DNA of 24,886 bases from an uncultured Candidatus Saccharibacteria bacterium (GCA_964409215.1 CAYPCL010000002.1:1-24886), one strand, 5' to 3'. Counted from the stretch's first letter, positions 8,576 through 17,767 are shown. Notes: generated from the sequence alone by a model not told the origin. A program made the numbers and translations.

Positions 8576-8986
8576 TTAGCGCTTTATAAATTTCGTTCTC
8601 ACGGCTAATTTAGCTGAAGCCCTTTTGAGAGCTTCTCGAGCGGTTTCTTCGGGGATTCCGTCAACTTCAAAAATAATCCTCCCCTGTTCAACCGGAAAAA
8701 CATAATGATCAACATCTCCTTTTCCTCCGCCCATCGGAAATTCCACTCCCTTGGTGGTAATCGGCTTGTCAGGAAAAATCCTCGTCCAGATTTCTCCCTT
8801 GCCTTTGATTATTCGACTGATAGCCCGGCGGCCGGCTTCCAATTGGGCCGAGCTTACCCATTTACTGTCAAGGGACTTTAAACCGAAACTTCCAAAGGCA
8901 ATTCTATTGCCTCGGGAGGCCACTTTCCGGCTTCTTCCTTTCTGCATCTTTCTGTATTTCGTTTTCTTGGGCTCTAAAAGACTCAT
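8576..8986 (-). CDS. rplP: 50S ribosomal protein uL16
   Basis: PKKTKYRKMQKGR, QLEAGR, RIFPDKPIT, MGGGKG, KLAVRTKF. Confidence 0.98.
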   Translation of the reverse strand: MSLLEPKKTKYRKMQKGRSRKVASRGNRIAFGSFGLKSLDSKWVSSAQLEAGRRAISRIIKGKGEIWTRIFPDKPITTKGVEFPMGGGKGDVDHYVFPVEQGRIIFEVDGIPEETAREALKRASAKLAVRTKFIKR

Positions 8987-9624
8987 ATATTCTTTCTCTC
9001 CCCCTTATATATCCAGACCTTTATTCCTATCACTCCGTAAGTGGTATAGGCCTGATTAAAGGCATAATCAATATCGCTTTTTAGGGTATGTTTAGGCATT
9101 CTGCCTTCCTGGAGCCATTCTCTCCTAGACATGCTGATCCCGTTTAATCGGCCGGAAACTTCCACTCGAGCTCCTTGAGATTCCTTATTTCCCCTAATTT
9201 TATTCAGAGCCATTTTTAGAACTCTTCGGTAAGGAACCCTTCTTTCAATTTGACCGGCCATCCATTTGCTGCTGAGCTGGGCCGAAGACCAGGGATTTTT
9301 GATGGCTACTACCTCTATTTTAATGTTTCTCTTCTCGTCAGCCAGCATCTTATCCAGCTCTTTCTTGATGCTTTCCACCTCTTTGCCTCCCCGGCCGATA
9401 ATGAGGGCGGCTCTCGGTGTCTTAATGATAATTTTTAAATCAGTTGCTCCTCTCTCAATTTCAATGTTTTCAATGCTCTCCCGAGAAATTCTTTTTTTAA
9501 GATATTCCCTTATTTTATGATCTTCTTCCAGGTACTTGGGAAAATTCTTACTGTAAAATCCTCGGGACTGCCAGTCCTTAATATTAAATATTCTTAATAT
9601 TTTGGGATTTGTTTTTTTAGTCAT
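8983..9624 (-). CDS. rpsC: 30S ribosomal protein uS3
   Basis: KH domain PRAALIIGRGG, SGRLNG, EGRMPKHTL, TTYGVIGIKVWI. Confidence 0.98.
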   Translation of the reverse strand: MTKKTNPKILRIFNIKDWQSRGFYSKNFPKYLEEDHKIREYLKKRISRESIENIEIERGATDLKIIIKTPRAALIIGRGGKEVESIKKELDKMLADEKRNIKIEVVAIKNPWSSAQLSSKWMAGQIERRVPYRRVLKMALNKIRGNKESQGARVEVSGRLNGISMSRREWLQEGRMPKHTLKSDIDYAFNQAYTTYGVIGIKVWIYKGERKNI

Positions 9625-9958
9625 GTTTTTTTTCTTCCAAAATTAAGGTGATGTGAGACGTTTTCTTTTGAATTTCAGCTGCCCGCCCCCGGGCTCTGGC
9701 TCTCCACCTTTTTAATTTGGGGCCCTCGTTGACAAATATCTCGGAAATAAAGAGGTTCTCGGTTCTTAATTTAAAATTATTTTTGGCATTGGCTAAAGCT
9801 GAACTCAATAGTTTTTTTAAGGGCCGACCGGCCTTCTTAAAGGTAAAATCCAAAAGAGCCTCCGCTTCCCGGGCATTTTTACCTCTGATTAAATCAGCCA
9901 CTAATCTCACTTTTCTCGGAGCTATTCTTAAATAATTAAGTTTGGATGTCACTTTCAT
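9617..9958 (-). CDS. rplV: 50S ribosomal protein uL22
   Basis: RIAPRKVRLVADLIRG, SALANA, RARARGRA, TSHIT. Confidence 0.98.
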   Translation of the reverse strand: MKVTSKLNYLRIAPRKVRLVADLIRGKNAREAEALLDFTFKKAGRPLKKLLSSALANAKNNFKLRTENLFISEIFVNEGPKLKRWRARARGRAAEIQKKTSHITLILEEKKHD

Positions 9959-9960
9959 GT

Positions 9961-10245
9961 TTATTTCTCTTCTTCAAGACCTTTTTGTATTTTACCCCCG
10001 TGCCTGGTGAATTTGGTGGTTGGAGCAAATTCCCCCAGCTTATGTCCGACCATCTCCTCTCTGATTTTAATCGGAATATGCTCTTTGCCATTGTGGACTC
10101 CAAAGGTAAAACCGACCATTTCCGGAGTGATGGTTGCCGCTCTTCTCCAAGTCTTTATTGTCTTATTGTCGTCTTTTTTCAGCTTGGAGATTTTCTTCAA
10201 CAATTTTTCATCGATATAGGGTCCTTTTTTTAGACTTCTGCTCAT
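9961..10245 (-). CDS. rpsS: 30S ribosomal protein uS19
   Basis: [31 protein letters not shown]. Confidence 0.98.
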   Translation of the reverse strand: MSRSLKKGPYIDEKLLKKISKLKKDDNKTIKTWRRAATITPEMVGFTFGVHNGKEHIPIKIREEMVGHKLGEFAPTTKFTRHGGKIQKGLEEEK

Positions 10246-11015
10246 TTTCTTCTTTTAATAATAAGTTTATTACTCCACTTTTTTCTTTTTCTGGTTTTAA
10301 CACCTCTGGCCGTCTTGCCCCAGGGAGTTTTAGGATGTTTCAAGCCGATTGGCGATCTGTCCTCTCCGCCGCCATGGGGATGGTCAACCGCATTCATAGC
10401 CGAACCGCGAACAGTCGGCCTTTTTCCTTTTAAGCGATTCAAGCCCGCTTTTCCAATAATTTTAAATCTATGCTGGGGATTGGAAAGAGCGCCGATGGAA
10501 GCGAAACATTCTCCAAAAACCTTTCTTAGCTCTCGGGAAGGCATCTTTAGGATAACATATTTACCCTCTTGACCGGAAGTAAAACAGCTGTTTCCGGCTG
10601 AACGGGCAATTTTCCCTCCTCCGCCGGGAGACAGCTCTACATTATGAACCGGAGTCTCGCCGGGAATATTCTTTAATTTCATCCTGTTGCCCGGCTTCAA
10701 GGGGGCTTTTTCATCAAAAACAATTTCCGCTCCCACTTCCACCTTCTGGGGACAGAGAATATAGGATTTCTTTCCGTTTTCAAAAAGAACTAAAGCAATA
10801 TAACAGGTCCTGTTGGGATCGTATTCTATCGCTTCAACTTTTCCTTTTAAGGGAATGTCTTTTTGGGAGAAATCTATCAGGCGATATCTTCTTTTGACTC
10901 TTCCTCCTTGATGACGAACGCTAATTCTTCCCCTGTTGGACCGGCCGGACTTTTTCTTAAGCACCTTAATCAATCCTTTTTCCGGTTTCTTTTTTGTTAA
11001 CTTTTGCTTAGTCAT
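10242..11015 (-). CDS. rplB: 50S ribosomal protein uL2 (shortened N-terminus)
   Basis: [42 protein letters not shown]. Confidence 0.98.
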   Translation of the reverse strand: MTKQKLTKKKPEKGLIKVLKKKSGRSNRGRISVRHQGGRVKRRYRLIDFSQKDIPLKGKVEAIEYDPNRTCYIALVLFENGKKSYILCPQKVEVGAEIVFDEKAPLKPGNRMKLKNIPGETPVHNVELSPGGGGKIARSAGNSCFTSGQEGKYVILKMPSRELRKVFGECFASIGALSNPQHRFKIIGKAGLNRLKGKRPTVRGSAMNAVDHPHGGGEDRSPIGLKHPKTPWGKTARGVKTRKRKKWSNKLIIKRRK

Positions 11016-11016
11016 A

Positions 11017-11403
11017 TTATTTAGGCAATATCTCTATTTCTTGTCCCTTTTTAACGGTAACAACGGCCTTTTTATAGCCTTTCTTCCAGCCCTCGGTTCT
11101 TCTTAACTTTCTTTTTTTTCGGGGAATATTGATAATTCTCACTTTTAAAACGTCAATATTATAGAGATTACTTAAGGCCTTTTTGATTTCCGACTTATTG
11201 GCTCCCTCTTTTACCCGAAAGATATATTGGTTTTTTTCAGCCAGCCAAGAGGCTTTTTCGGTAATATGGGGGAAATCCAAAACAGACCAAGCTAAAGCGG
11301 AACCAACCGGCTTTTTAACAGCCGGGATTTTTTTTTCCTCCTTCGGCTTTTCTTCTTTCTTTTTCGGCTTTTTTTCTTTTTTAAATAAATTTTTCAATTT
11401 CAT
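11017..11403 (-). CDS. rplW: 50S ribosomal protein uL23 with charged N-terminal extension
   Basis: PHITEK, NKSEIKKA, KKAVVT core preceded by about 35 Lys/Glu/Pro-rich residues. Confidence 0.95.
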   Translation of the reverse strand: MKLKNLFKKEKKPKKKEEKPKEEKKIPAVKKPVGSALAWSVLDFPHITEKASWLAEKNQYIFRVKEGANKSEIKKALSNLYNIDVLKVRIINIPRKKRKLRRTEGWKKGYKKAVVTVKKGQEIEILPK

Positions 11404-12029
11404 GCTAAAAAGGTTTCTTTAATAATTTTAAGTGATTTTTTTGGCATTAAAAGACATTTAAAACTCAATAGATCAAGAGTATTGAGATTTCTGGCTGAAA
11501 TAACAGATAATTGAGGAATATTTCTTGAAGCCAGAACTATATTTTTATCATATTCAGGCAAAATAATCAACTTTTTGCCCGAAACGGGCAGTTTGTTTAA
11601 GATCTTTTCCATTTCCTTGGTTTTTGCTTCTTTTATTCCCAAGTCCTTGAGAATAATCAATTGATTGTTTCTTGCTTTAGCGGAGAGAGCTGTGAAAAGG
11701 GCTTTTCTTCTCATTTTTTTAGGAATTCTTTTCTTATAATTCCTTTCTTTCCTGGGACCGAAGGTTACTCCTCCGCCAATCCAGATGGGAGAACGGTTGC
11801 TGCCGTGCCTGGCCCGTCCGGTTCCTTTTTGGGCCCAGGGCTTCCGGCCTCCTCCTCTCTTCTCACCTCTGTCTTTGCTGTGAGCGGTATTCTGCCGGCG
11901 GTTGGCCATTTGAGAAACGGCCACTTGGTAAACTAAATTATCGTTTATTTTCAAACCAAAAATATCTTTGGGCAATTGGGTCCCTTTTTCCATTTTCTCT
12001 CCTTTTTGATTATAAGTATCCGCTAACAT
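11400..12029 (-). CDS. rplD: 50S ribosomal protein uL4
   Basis: KPWAQKGTGRARHGS, GGGVTFGP, ASRNI. Confidence 0.98.
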   Translation of the reverse strand: MLADTYNQKGEKMEKGTQLPKDIFGLKINDNLVYQVAVSQMANRRQNTAHSKDRGEKRGGGRKPWAQKGTGRARHGSNRSPIWIGGGVTFGPRKERNYKKRIPKKMRRKALFTALSAKARNNQLIILKDLGIKEAKTKEMEKILNKLPVSGKKLIILPEYDKNIVLASRNIPQLSVISARNLNTLDLLSFKCLLMPKKSLKIIKETFLA

Positions 12030-12607
12030 AATATTTCCAAAAGAGTCCCTCGATGTCCGGGAACGGCGCCTTTGACAGCGATTATCCCTTTTTCGGAGTC
12101 AACTTCAATTACTTCTAAGTTTTCAACAACTTTCTTTTCCGCTCCCATCTGACCGGGCATCTTTTTTCCTCTTAAAACACGCTGGGGACCGGTGGCTCCG
12201 ACCGAGCCGAGAGATCTGTGTTCTCGTTTTACTCCGTGAGTAGCGCTTAAACCGTGGAATCCCCATCTTTTGACGGCTCCCTGAAAGCCTTTTCCCTTGG
12301 AAATTCCCCTGATTTTAACCTTGTCGCCTTTTTCAAAAGAAGAAACTTCAATCTTATCCCCTTCTTTTAATTCCGATTCCCCTCCTTTGAATTCTCTTAA
12401 ATAGCGGTAATTCTTCTTTTTTCTGCTCTTTTTTTCTTTCTTCAGTTTTTCCCAACCAATTTGAAGAGCTTGGTAGCCGTCTTTTTCTTTTGTTTTTTTC
12501 TGAGTCAGAAAACAAGGTCCTGCTTTAATTAAAGTTATTGGGACAACATTTCCCTCTTGATCGAAAATCTGGGACATATTCAATTTTCTGCCTAATATGA
12601 ATTTCAT
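12023..12607 (-). CDS. rplC: 50S ribosomal protein uL3
   Basis: ILGRKLNMSQIF, DGYQALQ, SKGKGFQGAVKRWGF, GKKMPGQMG, VKGAVPG. Start set at MKFILG (ATG 12607) instead of the ORF track's 12652. Confidence 0.97.
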   Translation of the reverse strand: MKFILGRKLNMSQIFDQEGNVVPITLIKAGPCFLTQKKTKEKDGYQALQIGWEKLKKEKKSRKKKNYRYLREFKGGESELKEGDKIEVSSFEKGDKVKIRGISKGKGFQGAVKRWGFHGLSATHGVKREHRSLGSVGATGPQRVLRGKKMPGQMGAEKKVVENLEVIEVDSEKGIIAVKGAVPGHRGTLLEILC

Positions 12608-12622
12608 TTTTTTAAAACAAAG

Positions 12623-12662
12623 GCCGGGTCCAAGCCCGGCAATTAAAACCAAGACCCATTGC
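12623..12662 (-). promoter_or_regulatory. Structured rpsJ-rplC intergenic leader (two overlapping hairpins)
   Basis: GCAAU-GGGUCUUGGUUUUA-AUUGC overlaps GCCGGG-CUUGGA-CCCGGC. Confidence 0.5.
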
Positions 12663-12701
12663 TGAAAAAATAATCTTAAAAACCTGTTTCCATAATTTTA
12701 A

Positions 12702-13049
12702 TTAAATGGCTTTTATTTCAATGTCAACACCGGTGGGTAATGTCAACTCCCTTAGAGATTCTACAAATCTCTGACTGGGGTTAAAAATTTCAACCAAGCG
12801 TTTATGGATTCTCATTTCAAACTGCTCGCTGGATTTTTTATGAACAAAAGTAGAACGGTTAACGCTGTATCGGTGGATTTCCGTCGGCAGAGGAACCGGT
12901 CCGATAATGTCAACTCCTCCTCGATCGGCAATTTCAACAATCTGCTGACAGCTTTTATCCATAACTTTACTGTCATAAGAGCGGAGTTTTATCCGTAATT
13001 GAGGTTTTACTTCCTTTTTCTTTTTTATTTTACCTTTTGGGGCTGGCAT
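12702..13049 (-). CDS. rpsJ: 30S ribosomal protein uS10
   Basis: LRIKLRSYD, GPVPLPT, EQFEMRIHKRL, LPTGVDIEI. Confidence 0.98.
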   Translation of the reverse strand: MPAPKGKIKKKKEVKPQLRIKLRSYDSKVMDKSCQQIVEIADRGGVDIIGPVPLPTEIHRYSVNRSTFVHKKSSEQFEMRIHKRLVEIFNPSQRFVESLRELTLPTGVDIEIKAI

Positions 13050-13063
13050 TATTTAATTTAGGT

Positions 13064-13095
13064 GAAAAATCAGAGCCCGAGGGCTCTGGATTTTC
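13064..13095 (-). terminator. Terminator/attenuator-like hairpin between tuf and rpsJ
   Basis: CAGAGCC-CUCG-GGCUCUG followed by AUUUUUC on the minus strand. Confidence 0.7.
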
Positions 13096-13109
13096 CATTA
13101 TTTTTTTTC

Positions 13110-14303
13110 TTATTTTATTATCTTGGTAACCACTCCGGCCCCAACTGTTCTTCCTCCTTCCCTAATAGCAAACCTTTGCTTTTCTTCAAGGGCAACTGGA
13201 GCAATCAACTTAACTTTGAAAGTGATAGTATCACCGGGCATAACCATTTCCGTTCCTTCAGGCAAAGCGACATCACCGGTTACATCGGTTGTTCTGATAT
13301 AGAATTGGGGCTTATAGCCGGTAAAGAAAGGAGTATGGCGTCCTCCTTCGTCCTTGGACAAAACATAAACTTCAGCTTCAAATTCCTGATGAGGAGTAAT
13401 TGAACCGGGCTTGCAAAGAACCTGTCCCCTGTCAATATTTTCCTTCTTGACTCCTCTTAAAAGAATGCCGACATTGTCTCCGGCCCTTCCTTCATCCAAA
13501 CTCTTATTGAACATTTCCACGCTGGTAGCGATTGTTTTCTGGGTTTCCTTTAAACCTACTATTTCCACTTCTTCTCCGGGCTTGACGACTCCTCTTTCAA
13601 TTCTTCCGGTAGCAACAATTCCCCGGCCTTCAATTGAGAAAACGTCTTCAATTCCCATTAAGAAAGGTTCTTCCAAAGATCTCTTGGGTTCGGGAATAAA
13701 TTCATCAACCTTCTCAAGAAGTTCTCCGACCGGCTTCATCACTTCGTCATCGGGGGAACTGGCATCCAAAGCTTTAAGAGCTGATCCTTTGATAATAGGA
13801 ATTTTGTCTCCTTCAAACTCATATTTCTTCAGGAGTTCTCTTAATTCCGATTCAACCAATTCAATCATTTCCGGATCATCAACCTGGTCGGTCTTATTTA
13901 AGAAAACTACCAAAGAAGGCAGGCCTACCTGGCGGGCTAAAAGAATATGCTCCTTGGTCTGAGGCATGGGTCCGTCAGCGGCTGAAACGACTAAAATGGC
14001 TCCGTCCATTTGAGCGGCGCCGGTTATCATGTTTTTAATGTAGTCGGCGTGGCCGGGACAATCAATTAAAGCATAGTGCCTTTTTTCCGTCTCAAACTCA
14101 GTATGGCAAATATTAATAGTTACTCCTCGGGCGTTTTCCTCGGGAGCGGAATCAATTTGCTCAACGGTCTTCTCCGATCCTTTAAGACCTTTCATGTGGG
14201 TGTACTTTAAAATGGCGGCAGTCAAGGTGGTTTTACCGTGATCTACGTGGCCAATCGTACCAATATTTAAGTGTGGCTTTGTTCTTTCAAATTTTTCAGC
14301 CAT
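13110..14303 (-). CDS. tuf: Elongation factor Tu
   Basis: [51 protein letters not shown]. Start at [11 protein letters not shown] (14303). Confidence 0.99.
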   Translation of the reverse strand: MAEKFERTKPHLNIGTIGHVDHGKTTLTAAILKYTHMKGLKGSEKTVEQIDSAPEENARGVTINICHTEFETEKRHYALIDCPGHADYIKNMITGAAQMDGAILVVSAADGPMPQTKEHILLARQVGLPSLVVFLNKTDQVDDPEMIELVESELRELLKKYEFEGDKIPIIKGSALKALDASSPDDEVMKPVGELLEKVDEFIPEPKRSLEEPFLMGIEDVFSIEGRGIVATGRIERGVVKPGEEVEIVGLKETQKTIATSVEMFNKSLDEGRAGDNVGILLRGVKKENIDRGQVLCKPGSITPHQEFEAEVYVLSKDEGGRHTPFFTGYKPQFYIRTTDVTGDVALPEGTEMVMPGDTITFKVKLIAPVALEEKQRFAIREGGRTVGAGVVTKIIK

Positions 14304-14380
14304 AATTTTATAAAACATGAAACCGGGAATATGAAGCTTTAAAAGTTTCAGATCCAAGCCCCAAGCTTTAATTTAATTAA

Positions 14381-14409
14381 AATATAACAAAAACGATTCT
14401 ATTAGTCAA
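14381..14409 (-). promoter_or_regulatory. Sigma70-type promoter for tuf
   Basis: TTGACT (14409-14404), 17 nt, TATATT (14386-14381), with an extended TGn. Confidence 0.8.
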
Positions 14410-14415
14410 CCTCTC

Positions 14416-14652
14416 TTAAAAAGGGAGGTCTTCTATTTTTAGTTCCTTTTGACCATTCTCTCTGTTCAGCTCCTCGTTAATCTCCTTGAAAGACTGAAAA
14501 CCGTTTTTTTTCTCCTCCAGACCGGGAAGTTCTTTCTGTTCTTCCTGGGACTGATTGTAATCTTCAAAGGAAACCAGAACAGCTACCGGCTTATCGTTCT
14601 CAACAATAATGTATTTCTCTCCTTTTTTTGGTTTAAATTTAAGAAAATTCAT
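14416..14652 (-). CDS. Small protein: Phd/YefM-like N-terminal segment, acidic linker, C-terminal IEDLPF
   Basis: KYIIVENDKPVAVLVSFEDY resembles the Phd/YefM core (xxITRNGKPVAVLxSxEDY). It has its own promoter and fits the fusA-tuf gap. Confidence 0.75.
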   Translation of the reverse strand: MNFLKFKPKKGEKYIIVENDKPVAVLVSFEDYNQSQEEQKELPGLEEKKNGFQSFKEINEELNRENGQKELKIEDLPF

Positions 14653-14660
14653 ACTTTTTG

Positions 14661-14689
14661 ATTTTAAACCTTTTGCTGGATTTTTTCAA
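14661..14689 (-). promoter_or_regulatory. Sigma70-type promoter for the small gene between fusA and tuf
   Basis: TTGAAA (14689-14684), 17 nt, TAAAAT (14666-14661), 8 nt before the ATG. Confidence 0.7.
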
Positions 14690-14693
14690 TAGC

Positions 14694-16808
14694 TTAACGC
14701 CTTTTTCCTTCAATTACTTCTTGGGCAACATTTTTGGGAACCTTTTCGTAATGGCTAAACTCCATTGTAAAGGTACCCCGGCCCTGAGTCAAGGAACGAA
14801 TAGCGGTAGCATAACCGAACATTTCCGCCAAAGGAGCTTTGCCTTCAACAACTTTCAGTTTTCCTCTTTCTTTGGTTTCTTCAATCATTCCCCTTCTTCG
14901 GTTGAAATCTCCGGTAATATCTCCGAAAAACTCTCCCGGAATGGCTATTTCTATTTTCATTATCGGCTCCAACAACTGGGGATCGGCTTTCTTGGCTCCC
15001 GATTGAATCGCCTGAATGGCAGCAATTTTAAAAGCTGCTTCCGAAGAGTCAACTTCATGGAAAGATCCGTCATAGAGGGTAACTTCAGTGTCAACAATGG
15101 GATAACCGGCTAAAACGCCCTTTTCCAGCGCTTCTTCCACTCCTTTCCTAACCGAAGGAATAAATTCCCTAGGTATGGTTCCTCCTTTTATCTCATCGTT
15201 AAATTTAAATCCTTCGCCTCTTTCCTTGGGTTTAATTTTTAAACAGACATGGCCGTACTGGCCCCTGCCTCCGGATTGTTTGATATATTTGCCTTCCGCT
15301 TCCGTCTCCCGGCTGATTGTCTCCTTGTAGGAAACCTGGGGACGGCCGGTAGCCGCTTCCACTTTGAATTCCCTTTTCATTCGGTCAATAAGAATATCAA
15401 GGTGAAGCTCGCCCATTCCGGAAATTATAGTTTCCCCGGTTTCCAGATCCTCCCTTATTTTAAAGGTAGGATCTTCTTCAGCCAATTTATTCAAAGCACT
15501 GCCCATTTTTTCCTGATCGGCTTTGCTTTTAGGATTGATTCTAATGGAAATAACAGGCTCGGGAAATTTCAACTCCTCCAAAAGAATGGGATTTGAAGGG
15601 TCGCAAATAGTATGGCCTGTCTTGGTATTTTTCAAACTGACGCTGGCAGCAATATCTCCGGCATAAATTTCTTCTATTTCATTCCGGGAATTGGAATGCA
15701 TTCTCAGCAATCTTCCAACTTTCTGGGTTTCTCCGCTAGCCGCATTGAGAACAGTGTCTCCTTTTTTTAAAACCCCGGAATAAACCCGAAAATAGCTTAA
15801 TTTCCCCACATAAGGGTCAGTAGCTACTTTAAAAACCAAAGCGGAAAATGGAGAAGAATCTTTCGGTTCCCGGCTTAATTCATTTTCTTTCTCCAGATCA
15901 AGGCCTTTGACCGAGGAAATATCAGAAGGAGCCGGAAGATACCAGCAAACGGCATTCAAAAGAGGCTGAACTCCGATATCCTTGAGAGCTGAACCGCAAA
16001 AGACGGGAATAATGTCATAATTGAGAACCGCTTTTCTTAAAGCTTTTCTTATTTTATCAATGCTTAACTCCTTGCCTTCAAGATAATCTTCCAGCATTTC
16101 CTCGTCTTCAGCCGCAATTTTTTCCATCATTTCTTTTCGGACCTTCTGGACTTTTTCCTTTAATTCATCGGGTATCTCCTCCTTTTTTACTTTCTCTCCG
16201 TGATCTCCTTCAAAATAAATGGCTTCTTGGGTTATTAGATCAATAACTCCCTGGAGGTCGGCTCCGGCTCCGATGGGTATCTGAACCGGCAGAGCTTTTT
16301 TAGTTAATTTTTCGTGGATGCTTTCCAGGCTTTTTTCAAAATTGGCTCCGATTTTATCCATCTTATTAATAAAACAGATTCTGGGAATATCATACATATC
16401 GGCCTGATGCCAAACAGTCTCCGATTGGGCTTCTACTCCGGCCACTCCGTCGAAAATCACCACCGCTCCGTCCAAAACCCTCAAAGAGCGCTGAACTTCA
16501 GCCGTAAAGTCAATATGGCCGGGAGTGTCAATAATATTTATTTTGTGTTCATTCTCCTTGCTCTTATCATCTTTAGAAAAAATTTCCGGAGTCCAATAAC
16601 AAGTGGTGGCCGCCGAAGTGATGGTAATGCCTCTTTCTCTTTCCTGCTCCATCCAATCCATAATGGCTTCTCCTTCATGAACTTCCCCTATTTTATGGGA
16701 AATTCCCGTGTAAAACAAAATGCGCTCGGTGGCTGTGGTCTTCCCGGCGTCAATATGGGCGATAATGCTGATATCTCTTGTTTTTTCCAAAGGATAATTT
16801 CTAGCCAT
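14694..16808 (-). CDS. fusA: Elongation factor G
   Basis: [62 protein letters not shown]. Confidence 0.99.
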   Translation of the reverse strand: MARNYPLEKTRDISIIAHIDAGKTTATERILFYTGISHKIGEVHEGEAIMDWMEQERERGITITSAATTCYWTPEIFSKDDKSKENEHKINIIDTPGHIDFTAEVQRSLRVLDGAVVIFDGVAGVEAQSETVWHQADMYDIPRICFINKMDKIGANFEKSLESIHEKLTKKALPVQIPIGAGADLQGVIDLITQEAIYFEGDHGEKVKKEEIPDELKEKVQKVRKEMMEKIAAEDEEMLEDYLEGKELSIDKIRKALRKAVLNYDIIPVFCGSALKDIGVQPLLNAVCWYLPAPSDISSVKGLDLEKENELSREPKDSSPFSALVFKVATDPYVGKLSYFRVYSGVLKKGDTVLNAASGETQKVGRLLRMHSNSRNEIEEIYAGDIAASVSLKNTKTGHTICDPSNPILLEELKFPEPVISIRINPKSKADQEKMGSALNKLAEEDPTFKIREDLETGETIISGMGELHLDILIDRMKREFKVEAATGRPQVSYKETISRETEAEGKYIKQSGGRGQYGHVCLKIKPKERGEGFKFNDEIKGGTIPREFIPSVRKGVEEALEKGVLAGYPIVDTEVTLYDGSFHEVDSSEAAFKIAAIQAIQSGAKKADPQLLEPIMKIEIAIPGEFFGDITGDFNRRRGMIEETKERGKLKVVEGKAPLAEMFGYATAIRSLTQGRGTFTMEFSHYEKVPKNVAQEVIEGKRR

Positions 16809-16819
16809 ATTTACCTAAT

Positions 16820-17281
16820 TTACCTAGCTAAATAGGCAAAGGCCTTATTGGCCTGAGCCATTTTATGAATATTAATTTTCTTTTTGATCGCTTCTCCTTC
16901 ATTTTTGGAGGCCAAAATTAGCTCCTTGGCCAATCTTTCCTCCATTGGAGAACCTTTACGGTTCCTGCTAATACCGATTATCCATCTCATGGCCAGAGTA
17001 TTTCTTCTCTCGCCCTTGACTCCCCGGGGAACCTGATAAGTTGCTCCTCCAACCCGCTGGGGCCTGACTTCCATATCTGGTGAAGCATTTTCAATTGCTT
17101 CTTCAAAAACATCCAAGGGATTCTTCTTGGTTTCTTTCTTTATCATCTCAAAAGCTCCATAGACTATCTTTTTGGCTAAGTGTTTTTTGCCTCCTTTCAT
17201 AAGTTGATTAATAAATCTGGAAACTAAAACGCTATTATGGAGGTCATCGGGCTTTATTTCTTTTTTCTTGAACTTTTTCAT
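16820..17281 (-). CDS. rpsG: 30S ribosomal protein uS7
   Basis: LMKGGKK, RVGGATYQVP, LAMRWI, HKMAQANKAFA. Confidence 0.98.
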   Translation of the reverse strand: MKKFKKKEIKPDDLHNSVLVSRFINQLMKGGKKHLAKKIVYGAFEMIKKETKKNPLDVFEEAIENASPDMEVRPQRVGGATYQVPRGVKGERRNTLAMRWIIGISRNRKGSPMEERLAKELILASKNEGEAIKKKINIHKMAQANKAFAYLAR

Positions 17282-17283
17282 AA

Positions 17284-17703
17284 TTAACTGCTGCTTTTTT
17301 TCTTCTTGGTTCCGTATTTTGATCTTGATTTCTTTCGGTCCTCCACTCCGGAAGTATCTAGGACTCCCCGGACAACATGGTATCTTACTCCGGGTAAGTC
17401 TTTAACTCGGCCTCCTCGAATAAGAACAACTGAATGTTCCTGGAGATTATGTCCTTCGCCGGGAATGTAGGCGCTTACTTCTTTGCCGTTGCTCAATTTA
17501 ACTCTGGCTACTTTTCTCAAAGCCGAGTTAGGTTTTTTGGGAGTAACGGTAAAAACTCTGGTGCAGATTCCCCTCTTAAAGGGAGAGGGATAATAGGAGG
17601 GCCTGTTTTTAATCGTATTTTTGCCAAATCTCAGAGCTTTCATTTTGCTCTTTTTCTTAATTTTTTTTCTCGGTTTTTTAACTAATTGATTTATAGTCGG
17701 CAT
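17284..17703 (-). CDS. rpsL: 30S ribosomal protein uS12
   Basis: [46 protein letters not shown]. Start at MPT (17703). Confidence 0.99.
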   Translation of the reverse strand: MPTINQLVKKPRKKIKKKSKMKALRFGKNTIKNRPSYYPSPFKRGICTRVFTVTPKKPNSALRKVARVKLSNGKEVSAYIPGEGHNLQEHSVVLIRGGRVKDLPGVRYHVVRGVLDTSGVEDRKKSRSKYGTKKKKSSS

Positions 17704-17732
17704 AAATAAAAAAATGCTTAAGCACTGGAGAT

Positions 17733-17761
17733 AAATTAACAAAAAATAATTTGAATGTCAA
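17733..17761 (-). promoter_or_regulatory. Sigma70-type promoter of the str operon
   Basis: TTGACA (17761-17756), 17 nt, TAATTT (17738-17733), with an extended TGn. Confidence 0.8.
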
Positions 17762-17767
17762 TAAGGA

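Noticed and set aside
11330-11385. Short direct repeats (TTCGGCTTTT twice) and long A/T homopolymers as repeat elements or slippage sites
   Set aside because: They reflect Lys/Glu/Pro codons in intact reading frames; no broken ORF requires a frameshift
14416-14652. Complete type II toxin-antitoxin module between fusA and tuf
   Set aside because: No toxin ORF fits on either side; the gaps are 41 nt and about 110 nt and hold promoters
224-17685. Many plus-strand ORFs in the track (e.g. 224-583, 3656-4060, 13411-13962, 14658-15113, 16314-16835)
   Set aside because: They lie fully antisense to conserved genes and show no recognisable motifs; these are shadow ORFs
17715-17724. 10-bp palindrome TGCTTAAGCA in the rpsL leader
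   Set aside because: Too short to fold stably, single occurrence, no supporting context
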